Origin: Guillardia theta CCMP2712 | Lineage: Eukaryota > Protista > Cryptophyta | Reading direction: 5' to 3' | Length of the DNA: 62,014 nucleotides | NCBI RefSeq assembly: GCF_000315625.1 | Contig: NW_005434448.1 | Coordinates: 1-62,014 of the forward strand | Shown: one piece after another, positions 51,907 to 62,014 of the stretch | Layout of the letters: each line of letters opens with the position of its first letter | Numbering within the stretch: position 1 is the first letter of the stretch | The notes under the pieces: generated by a model | What the model was told of the DNA's origin: nothing | What the model saw: only the letters and a program-made list of their open reading frames with translations | Database searches by the model: none | Made by a program: the position numbers and the translations under genes

Positions 51907-54082
51907 ATGTCAACTTGTGTTGACCCGGCTTCCCTGGTACGAGGAGCGTTGAAGGTCACTCTGCCGATGGCGGGGGGAGGGGAAGGCCACAAGTGCGGGG
52001 AAGGGCCGCGAGCAAGGAGAGGGTCACTGAAGGAGGAGGAGGAGGCTGCTGCTTCCGATGCTGAAAGTGTGGAAAGCTCTGAAGAGCGTGAGAGGGGCGG
52101 GGGCGGAGGGGAGGAGATCGAGGAGGAAGACCCCGTGCAAGTTCAGCCGAAGGCTCAAGGAGACATATCTTCGACTGAGTCATCAGCTGCAGTGAGTGAA
52201 GGAAAGAAGACGCCAACAAGACCTCACTGGACACTTGAAAAGGCAGGTACACTCGTGAGATCAACCTTTCCAGTCGGAAATCACACATCGGAAAAACTAG
52301 AGAAATCACCAACGAAATCTCGCTGGGGTGTGGCAATTGCAAACGTAAGAAATGTCATGAAAATGACCGCAGGCTTCCGATTCAGAAATCACAGTACATG
52401 CAAGAACTCGGACGACATCAGATTTTATGTGGTGACTAAAGATGGCCATGGAACAACCAGTGATCCCCTTAAGCTCCGAGAAAACTCCCAGAAAGCTCAA
52501 ATTCAAAGTGAAATCTGGAAGTTCTTCCAACGTCTCAGTGAGAAGAAATCTGATGCTGGAGGCAGCGTTGAACATGTTATGCAAGAATTGCAAATCGTCA
52601 TCTCTCAAGAGCAAATCAAAAGTCAAGAAAGGGAAAAACAAGAGCAACCAGGAATTCACACGGAAACGCATCCTAAGCAGGACCCACCTGAAGGAGCGAA
52701 TGACTCAGCACGACATTCAGGAAATTCCCACAGCATGCCCAAACGTATTCCGATCGGTCCCATGGGTGACTCCGTTGTCCACATCGCTTTCCTCCTCGCC
52801 TATGGTAGCAACAATGAAGACTTTATGGTGAAGTTGGCAAAGACGCTTGCTTCAAAGGAAGGTGGATGTTACACCGAACAGCAGGTGCTGCTTGGCTATG
52901 AAAGCGAGTTCCAACGTTGGAAGAAAGACGGCAAGTTTGCAGCCACTCGCGGCTTGTACACAGGTGAGACCATCCTCCACATATGCATCGCCAACGAGGA
53001 TAAGGAGACTGTGGAATGGCTGCTTGAAAGATACGCTACTGCACCGCCCAAACGAACGTCGAAGCCATCAAACGAAGTCGCTCAGAGCGAGGGCAAAGAA
53101 GCGAAGGGCGAGGACGGAGAAGCGAAGGGCCAGGGCGAAGAAGCAAAGGGCCAGGTGAAGAGCAGCAGGACACAAGCTTGCTTTGGCGGTGTATGTGGGA
53201 TGGTAAAGTGGATCTTGTACCCGAAACCCAGCAGCGACCATAACAAGTCCAAAGTCACAGAGAGTGATCTCATCCTACACCGGAGGGCGATCGGAGACTT
53301 CTTCCTCCCTTCTCTCATCAAGACCGACGTCGATGTCTCCCGGCTCGGCTTGCTCAGAGCATATCTGACCGACGAGCCCATTGGCACCGACGGGAAGCCT
53401 GTAGCCCTATCGAAGCTCGAAGACAACGAGGACTCCTCCACCGGGTCTCACAAGTACTGGGGACAGTATCCGCTCTCGTTTGCTGCCAGCACAGGCAACG
53501 AGGATGTGTGCAAGGCCATCCTTGACTTTGTCTACAGTCAGCTGGTCAGTCATAAGGAAAGCAAGTGTGATTGCTTGAAGACTATGAAAGGCAGCGTCAA
53601 GTCGATCTGTCTGATGGTACAGCACGTGCTTGCTCCTGAATGGCTCAACGAAGCTCAGATAAACGCACAAGACTTGAAGAGCATCTTGCATGCCGCGGAC
53701 GAGTACGGCAACACGGCTCTGCACATAGCTACACTGCACGGACATCACGAGGTCATATCGTGCTTGATCGAGGCGGAAAAGCGTATCGATAACATCCTGC
53801 GGGACATGACTGGGGGCGACGGGAGCAAGACCTGTCGAAGCAGCATGGGCGAGGCAGAGGAAGAGGCAGAGGAAGAGGCAGAGACGCTGCTGACCATGCT
53901 GAACAAGGACGGCTACACCCCGCTTACGCTCGCAGCCCGGCATGGGGACGTGGACACGTTCTACTTCATCCTGGAGCGATACATGAAAACGATTCTGTGG
54001 GCATTCGGGTCGAAGCAGCGGACCAAGCTGAGACTGGACCAGATCGACTCGTTCAGAAGGGAGAAAAAGAAGGAGAAGGAGA

Positions 54083-54117
<35 letters not shown>

Positions 54118-55605
54118 AAGGAGGAGAAGGAGAAGGAGAAGGAGAAGCAGGAGGAGAAGGAGGAGGAGAAGAAGAAGAAGGAGAAGAAGAAGGAGAAGGA
54201 GAAGAAGAAGGAGAAGGAGAAAAAGCAGAAGCAGGAGCAGAAGGAGGTGAAGAAGGAGGTGAAGAAGGAGGTGAAGAAGGAGGAGGAGAAAGAGCCGGAA
54301 ACAAAGAAGGAAGTGCAAACGACAAGCAAGGCAGCCCTGTCTCTACGCTGGTGGTGGCCGGCTGCGGTCGAGAAGACGCGCATGCACTCGCACCCCAAGT
54401 GGAGGAGCGCTCTGCAAGTGATAGTAGAGCATGAGGTGGAGGAGTTTGTCAATGATCCCTTCATCAACCGGCTCATCGAGACCAAGTGGAAGCGCTTCGG
54501 TCGTCGCATCTACTTGATCGACACGGCCCTGCCTTTCTCCTTGTTCCTGGTCGCCTTCGTCGCGCTCCTCGTCCTCAAGGTGAAGCAGTGGGATCAGAAG
54601 CAGCGAGGAGCTGAGCTACACTGGTGGACTCTTGCGCTGAACGTCTTGGTGAAGGCATTGGGGGTATGGCTCTTATTTTTCGGCTGGATCCATCGACACC
54701 TCAAGCAGACCGACAGGAACCCCTCGGAGAGGAACAAGAGGATGGATTTCAAGAAGCTGCTGCAGAAGAATATCTCCTCCATCCTCTCCATCCTCACTGC
54801 CGTCTTGGTCTTCTGCATCCCAATCTACACTTCTACGGACACGGCTGCCGACGTGCTGCTGCTGGCGATGTCGACGGTGCTGGTATTCTCGCTGCTGCTT
54901 CACCTGCTGCTGCCGATCAAGCGGGTGGGAACGATCATGATCATGATCTACGACATTCTCCTACAGGACGTGAGCCTCTACTGCGTCATCTACGGGGTCA
55001 CGCTGACCGGGTTCAGCCTCGCCTTGTACACCATGCTGCAGACGGCAGACGTGCAGAAGCTGTACGAGGACAACAACAGCACGAGGTTCTTCAACTACCT
55101 CACGACCCCGGGGGCCAGCTTCCTCCAGCTGACCTGGAACTCTCTCGGAGACGACTACGTCTTCTCCACCCAGCTGCTCCTCGCGTCTGTCAACCCGACG
55201 CTCTCCTTCATGCTGCTCATCTCATGGTCGATCCTCTCGGAGCTGCTCCTCCTCAACCTGATCATCGCCATGATGAACCGCAGCTACGAGATCGACTCGC
55301 ACGACGTCCACAGGATCTGGTTCTTCCCGTTCGCGGACCTGGTGCTTCGGCATGAGCGGCGGATGTTCATCAAGAGCTGGAGGCTGTCGCGGTTCTTCAT
55401 GGGCGATGTGTCCTTGTACAGGACGGGGAGCTCCTTCAAGACGTCCAACAAGTTCCTGGAGCCGGAGGAGCGGCTGTCGGCCACGTACTACGACATCAGG
55501 ACAGAGGACGTGAAGGGGGAGAGGAAGGGCTGGGAGGAGGCGATGAGGACGAAGCGGCAGATCATTCGGACATTGAAGAACGTCATGAGAGCTGACAGGC
55601 AGTAG
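51907..55605 (+). CDS. TRPV-like ankyrin-repeat cation channel, copy B
   Basis: Same motifs as copy A; near-identical DNA from ~52880 to ~55567; distinct N-terminus and an expanded E/K tract. Confidence 0.9.
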
Positions 55606-57061
55606 ATTCATCGACCTCGTTGGGTCTTCATCTGCTCCCTATGTTCCCATCAAGCAGTGAGTGGGAAAGTGAACATTGTATCCTATACCTCATACTCTAC
55701 ACCCTTCACCGCATTCCATCCGCTTGCTCCTTTCTCTTCTCTTAGGGCACAGTGTTGCCCTGGCTCGAGAGCTGCAGGAAGAGAAATTTTTTCCGAAAGT
55801 TTTTTGTGATGAGCAGGAGGAGGAGGAGGAGGAGGAGGAGGAGGAGGAGGAGGAGGATGTCAAACCCAAGCATCCAGTGAGGAGAGCCTCAACCAGACTG
55901 CTGTCAAGGCCATCGTCTTCGTCCTTGTACTCCGTATATGCTCACCGAGTCAGTTTTGCTAGCTGACTCCGCCGTGCCAGTCAGCTAGCAAACTGTTCAC
56001 AGCCCGTTTAAGCTGGTTTAAGGGGCAAGGATTGTATATGATTCAATGGCTGGTGACCGTCGGCGACTGAGTTCCGACTGAGGTCAGCACTGAGGTCGTC
56101 AACTCTCTCAGGCCTGATGATCTCCAACTTGAATTTCGTAGCAGTATCCTCCGAGCTTCCGGGGCCCGGCCGGGGCCCCGGGCCGCCCGGGCCGCCGCTC
56201 AGTGACGGTCCACACCGCGGCACGAGTCTGAGTAGACCCCATAGCGCCTCTTGATTCCAGGCCGCCCCTGCTTCAAGCCCCAAGCTCCAAGCATCCAGAT
56301 CTCCTAAGTCCCATATTAAGCTCAAGCCCACAACCTTACACCTTGGTTCACTACTGGGTGAGACGCAAGCCCTGAACTTGTGGCGTCTGAAAGAACTTGT
56401 GAGGTTATTAGAACCTCTGAGTCTGTTCTCAGGCGGCTTAAGCGCTGGGAACTAAGATTGTTGTCGACGGGGCAAAGGTTTTTACGGCCCCGTCACTGCT
56501 GCTTACTGGTACCGGCTCACAGTCAGGGGTGAGGGGACGGTGGTACCATCGAGCTGTCTTGACCACCCCTGGCCTGGTTCCAAAAGCTGTGATTGAAGAA
56601 GGGGTGGGGTGGTGTTGAAAGGGGGGTAGGTGCAACGGAGGGGTGGAGGGTACTTGGCCCCTGGAGAGGGGGATCGTAAAACGTGTGTGGGGAACAAAAA
56701 CGCACCGTATTCGCGTCCAGATCCAAAGAGGATACGAAGAAGAGGAGCTGAGAGAGGGGAACGAGGGAAAGAGGAACAAGACTTAGAGGCAAGCGAGGTG
56801 TAGAAAACGAGGAGGACAAGGCAAGCCTTGATTGAGCGATAGTGTCGTGGTGGTGAAGGAACAAGCGATCTGTGGGGGTAGATATGGCAGTCGTGTTGCA
56901 CGGCACGAAAGGAGTGGAGTAGTCCGAGACACATGGTGGCATGCTTTTACCTATTTTAGCAAACTGCTTATTCTTTGGTGAAGCAAAATACTGAATCGAT
57001 GTGCAACTAGCCACAGGTTTATCCAAGAATTCAGCATCGCTCCCACTGACAACGAGCAAAT

Positions 57062-59072
57062 ATGAAATTTCTTTCCCTGACGATCACAAAGTTTGTGCTC
57101 TTGGGAACTCTTTTCTTATTCTCATCTGCTAGTGACGACCATGATCACGATGCTCATGCTGACGATGCCGATGACCATGACCATCATCATGGCGAGCTAT
57201 GGTACGGACATTTCCAGCTTTCAAGTGCCGTGTATACACTGAATCTGCAAAGAGCTGGGGAGGTGTGTCAGTATCACTTGCCTGACATCGTGTTGCTCCC
57301 TCTGACATGTCTCACGTCAGGAGTACGTCGATGATTCCCTCAAGATCGCAATCTTCAAACATGCGATCATTGCAGAAAACACCACAGAGGATGCGATCGC
57401 TGCAGAGATCAAAGAGAGGTTCGAGGATGAGTTGCCTCACGTTCTGCAAGGAGAGACAGCACAGCTGGGATCGTCTTCAGCCAAGTTGCTCAACTACATC
57501 CCTGTCGACTTGTTCGAGCTGGTTCCTGACAAGATGGCTTCCAACACTGTGATCAAGTTGTCAGTGTTGGAGGCAGGAGAGTACGTTATCTTTGCCAATC
57601 ATTTCCTCTCTGAGTGGGAGGGCTCGATGAGATTCATGATGGATGTGCATGGAGACGCTGTCATCCCCGATGCCTCGTCTCAGTGTCACTCGACCTTGTC
57701 CTCCTCTACTGTCTGGGGGCTCTCGATCTTGGGAGCGATGATCGGAGCTGTGATGTCACTCTCGGGCGTGTTGATTGTAGCCCCGGTGATCAGGATGAAG
57801 GAGGTGTGGGTGCTCAAGTACCTCAACTTCTTTGCTGCTGGTGTTCTCCTCTCCTTCGTTCTCGTCCATCTGATCCCCGAAGCTGGCAACCTGACCGGTG
57901 AAGTGATAAGGGGTGTGGAATACAGACTCTGAGCGCTGGTTGGCAGGCCGTGTGGATTGGAAAGTCAGCACAACCGTTCTGGCTGGGTTCTTTGCTGGTA
58001 TAGATGACTTTGAGACACTTGCTCTTAAAATGATGCGGACGATGCAGGGCTTCTCATCGAGCATAGCATACACCTCTTCTTCACTCCCCAGGTCACGGAG
58101 CAGGTAACCGCCATTTCTCTGCCACGGTCCGACCTTTTGACGCCCTTTCAGGCAACCATTGGAGTTGCAAGTGGAAATCTGGCAGAGAGAGGAGAGTTGG
58201 TCCTCGTCGACCATCATGGGGAGGCAACCAAGGTGTCGGAGAAGGAGAACGCGCAAGAGATCGTGGCATGGGGAAGAATCGGCAACATCCTCATCGGTGA
58301 CTTCTTTCACAACTTCTTCGACGGCGTGTCGACGGCCATCGCCTTCAAGTACTGCGGCACTGGTTCCCTTCCTTGAGCTCATACCCGCACATCCGGTCAC
58401 TCTCTCTCACTAGGACTCGGCTGGATCGTCGTCGGCGCGTCAGTCGCACACGAGCTCCCACAGGAGCTGAGCGACTTTGTAGTGCTGTACAACTCAGGCT
58501 TGTACGTCTCGGAGCTTGTCAGAGCTGCTGCCTTGTCACCATTGCTCCAGGTCCATCAAGTGGGCTCTGATCAGCAACCTCATGTCCTCCCTCTCCGCTG
58601 TGCTGGGGGTATGCTTGCTCTGCCTCCTCCTCCCCTGAATTCTAACTGTTCCCGGGTCAGAGTATAGTCATTCTAGCAGCCACGGAGAGTATCGAGCACA
58701 ACATCAACCACGACATGGGCCTCTGCCTTGGTTTCGGAGGAGGACTTCTCCTCTACATCGGAACAGGTACCCGAGATCTCCTGCCCTCCCTCCTCCCTCC
58801 CTGCTGCTAACAGACTCTTGCTACCCGCGTTCTCCTCGCGCTGACAAACTCACTCAGGCCTTGTAATGGACATCGTGAAAGTGAGCGACGTGCGATCAGC
58901 GATGATTTGCTGGCTGGTACGATATAAGAGTCTCATCGCGCTTTCATCCCTTCCTCACTTGCTCCAACAGTCGTTCATCCTCGGGGCTGTCGCCCTTGGC
59001 CTGACTGCCCTCAATCATATCCATTGTGAATGTTTCGGCGACGAGTCAAGTCATGAGGGTCACAATCACTGA
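57062..59072 (+). CDS. ZIP (SLC39) metal transporter, LIV-1-like; multi-exon
   Basis: Signal peptide, His/Asp-rich N-terminus, FAAGVLLSFVLVHLIPEA, TM4 GDFFHNFFDG, TM5 AHELPQELSDF, His-rich tail HEGHNH. Confidence 0.9.
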
Positions 59073-59674
59073 GTGACTCCCGAACTTCCAAGTTCGCTTT
59101 ACTCAAACTTTCCTTTCAAATGTCCCTGTACTAGACCAAGAGAATGTCGAATCATTGAATGTTTTATGATTGTTGCTAATAGCCTAGTAGTTCGGACCCG
59201 GTGACCCCGTCTCACGGTCAGATCGGCGGACGCCGGGTGGTCCGATCCGATCCGTCCAGTACGGTGACTTGCCAAGTTGAAAGATGATGCCTGAAGTGTT
59301 AGCACGGTGGCGGCATTCAAGCCTAGTAGTCATAGTAGCGGCGGCTGCGGGTTTAGGCAGCATCAGACTCGGAGCGAGGAGGAGGAGCTGAGGCTCATGG
59401 GCCCGCCGGGATCAGGCCCGGCCGGGCCCCCCTCAGTCCGGCCGGGCCCGGGGGGCCGGCGAGCTGAGGAGTCATGCGATCACTGAAACCCTGATAGTAC
59501 CCCCACCATGTCAATTCATACCCTACCCTTCAAATAGAAGTGAAATATCTATATTCAAAAGGTAAAACTACCCCTACTTGATTCACACCCACCCGTAGCA
59601 AAATCCAGTAAAAAAGGGGAGGAGGTTGTAGGTGCTAACTAGCCAGGAAGGAGAAGGGGAAGAGGACGGGGGAC

Positions 59675-59793
59675 GAGGAAGAGGAAGAGGAAGAGGAAGA
59701 GGAAGAGGAAGAGGAAGAGGAAGAGGAAGAGGAAGAGGAAGAGGAAGAGGAAGAGGAAGAGGAAGAGGAAGAGGAAGAGGAAGAGGAAGAGGA
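59675..59793. repeat. (GAGGAA)n microsatellite upstream of the sulfotransferase
   Basis: Seen directly. Confidence 0.95.
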
Positions 59794-59879
59794 AAGGGAC
59801 AGAGACAGAGACAGGAGAGTAAGAAGAATACAAAGATACACGTGTAGAGAGCGCATATTGTGAGCAGCAGTGTTTCAGC

Positions 59880-61010
59880 ATGGCCAGTGTTCTGAGCTGG
59901 GTGGGTACGGTAGTACTGATCATTTCCATTGTGATGGGAGTCATTGGAACATACTTCCCTGAGCTGTTCTTGAAGATACCAAGTGGTGTGATACTCTGGG
60001 CAATGTTCGGGAACCCGGTTCCTCCTTACATCCTTTCGGATCCTTACACCATGGGAGAGTTTCCCACGTGGGCGCGCAAGGGGGATGTTATTGTGGCTGC
60101 TGCACCCAAGGCAGGGACGACGTGGATGTTGTACTGTTCGCATCAGATCAGGATGAAAGGAAGAGACTACAACTTCACCGATGTGAATATCGAGACGCCC
60201 TGGCCCGACTTGGTCCATCGACCGGGCCAAACTTGGAAAGACATCAAGTCGCTGTTGAATACGACTGTGCTGCCGGACGGGTCGAGGCTGAAGGATCATT
60301 GGGACAATCCGAGCCATCCTTTTCGCATCTTTAAATCCCACTATCATCCCTACAAGAGGAACGGAAAGCCGTACCAGGTCCTCCCAGTGCGGGAGTTCCC
60401 CAACATCAAGTTCATCGGGATAGTAAGGAACGGTCTGGATGTGCTGGCGAGCTTCTGTACCTTCTTCTACAACCACCGTCCTGACTTCAGGAAGATGTGG
60501 GGAGGGTTTCCCATGGCGTTCAAGAGCAACGAAGAATGTATGAACTTCCTCCTCCCCGACGGTCCTCTCGACTACATCTTCTTCGGATACGCCAAGGACT
60601 GGTGGGAGATTCGCAACCTTCCCAACGTCCTCCTGCTGCACTACTCGGACATGTCCAAGGACCTTGTTGGAGGAGTGAAGAAGATGGCAAAGTTCTTGGA
60701 GGTCGACCTGAAGCCAGACGAGCTCGACCGCGTGGTGGAGAAGTGTTCTTTCAAGTACATGAAAGCGCACTCCGACCAGTTCAACTATGTGCTGTGGAGC
60801 AACGAGCCCCCGCTCCCCAGCACAGCCATGTGCGGTACCATCCATTGCCCTGATAATCCCGAAGGAACGGTAGTGTACAAGGGCAAGTCAGGGCGAGGCA
60901 AAGCCACGTTCTCGGAAGAGCTGATAGCCAAGTGGGAGGCAGCGGAGAAGGCGGAGTTTGATGACCCTGCTTTGATGGACTGGGTGAAGAATGGAGGCAG
61001 CTTCCAGTAG
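59880..61010 (+). CDS. PAPS-dependent sulfotransferase (Sulfotransfer_1 type) with N-terminal signal anchor, intronless
   Basis: 5'-PSB motif DVIVAAAPKAGTTW, catalytic KSH, 3'-PB motif RNGLDVLASF, and KGKSGRGK (GxxGxxK). Confidence 0.9.
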   Translation: MASVLSWVGTVVLIISIVMGVIGTYFPELFLKIPSGVILWAMFGNPVPPYILSDPYTMGEFPTWARKGDVIVAAAPKAGTTWMLYCSHQIRMKGRDYNFTDVNIETPWPDLVHRPGQTWKDIKSLLNTTVLPDGSRLKDHWDNPSHPFRIFKSHYHPYKRNGKPYQVLPVREFPNIKFIGIVRNGLDVLASFCTFFYNHRPDFRKMWGGFPMAFKSNEECMNFLLPDGPLDYIFFGYAKDWWEIRNLPNVLLLHYSDMSKDLVGGVKKMAKFLEVDLKPDELDRVVEKCSFKYMKAHSDQFNYVLWSNEPPLPSTAMCGTIHCPDNPEGTVVYKGKSGRGKATFSEELIAKWEAAEKAEFDDPALMDWVKNGGSFQ

Positions 61011-61726
61011 GAAATCTTGTTGCCTGCTGGTCTTTTGCTCGCTGTCTTGTGTCGTCCAGCCTGTCTGGTTTGATTTGGTTTGATGGGTTTGTTCTGAAGC
61101 GATTTTGAGAGTAACTGATGGTAGTTACTCGTTTGCTTTGTAGCAGATCTGAGTTTTGTTTTCTACATTACAATTGTTTAGAGACGAAACGTGTAAACAA
61201 GTCTTGACGCCCTTCCTTCTTTCAGCATGTCTATAGGATTTCGTGCAAACTGGTGTTGGATACAAGCAAACCTGCCAACTCTCATCCATCTACATCTTTC
61301 ACGACCACAATTGGCAAGTTGGGTGCAAACTATTTCTCCAATATGAGACTTGGGAAATCAGGTAGAAAGAACCAGAGGAGGCAAAGGAAACGAAGAAATG
61401 GAAGTTCAGGAAGGGGAGGAGGAGGAAGGGGAGGAGGAGGAAGGGGAGGAGGAGGAAGGGGAGGAGGAGGGAGGGGAGGAGGAAGAAGGAAAACTCATAG
61501 GGAAGCTGGTGCTGGAGCGGTTCTGGTATATTCCCATTCCCTCTTCTCGGATATAGGGCTTTGACAGAAGCGACATCACGCAGTGAGCTCCTCTAATACC
61601 AATCATCCTGCGTCCTGTGTCCTGCGTCCTGCGTCCTGCGTCCTGCTTCCTGCTTCCACCACAAGCACTCTCTTCCTCTGACTCCACCCCCTTGCCTGCC
61701 CCTCTCCCGACTTCCTCCTCGTCCTT

Positions 61727-61805
<79 letters not shown>

Positions 61806-61960
61806 ACCTCGACCTCGTCCTCGACCTCGACCTCGTCCTCCTCGTCCTCGACCTCGTCCTCCTCCTCCTCGTCCTCGTCCTCGTCCTCCTCGTCCTCGTC
61901 CTCGTCCTCCTCGTCCTCGTCCTCGTCCTCGTCCTCCTCGTCCTCGTCCTCGTCCTCGTC

Positions 61961-61996
<36 letters not shown>

Positions 61997-62014
61997 CTCG
62001 TCCTCCTCGTCCTC
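61727..62014. repeat. (TCCTCG)n low-complexity tract running off the window end
   Basis: Seen directly. Confidence 0.93.

Noticed and set aside
56340-57050. Possible transposon or LTR fragment upstream of ZIP
   Set aside because: No terminal repeats, target-site duplication or transposase/RT motifs seen; no second copy in the window.
59583-60845. 420-aa antisense ORF over the sulfotransferase (similar shadows over the RSH-like, LRR and TRP genes)
   Set aside because: Expected stop-poor antisense frames of GC3-rich coding sequence; no motifs.
61200-61620. Terminal exons of a minus-strand gene entering from beyond the window
   Set aside because: Plausible splice signals but no frame could be fixed and no family recognised.

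Overview
Eukaryotic nuclear DNA from a gapped draft assembly (7 N-gaps). It has short GT-AG introns often filled with microsatellites, and two proteins carry signal peptide + 'A-F' bipartite plastid-targeting leaders. This points to an alga with a complex red-derived plastid; overall style fits a cryptophyte such as Guillardia (inference, not verified). About 15 protein-coding genes are supportable. Intron-rich genes: beta-amylase, Tudor+DUF3598-like plastid protein, rhomboid, UNC-50, GT2, ankyrin protein, partial TGT, coiled-coil protein, ZIP transporter. Intron-poor genes: (1) a tandem-duplicated membrane receptor-like protein with two RelA/SpoT-type synthetase (nucleotidyltransferase) domains in a [TM-ectodomain-5TM-catalytic]x2 layout; (2) an 1888-aa LRR multi-TM receptor whose first 32 LRRs are a 72-bp mosaic array varying mainly at ligand-binding positions; (3) an inverted pair of TRPV-like channels with patchwork homogenisation, flanking (4) an apparently circularly permuted pepsin-like protease; (5) a sulfotransferase. 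No rRNA, tRNA, CRISPR or recognisable transposase was seen. All family calls come from reading motifs by eye; exon boundaries are manual and approximate.
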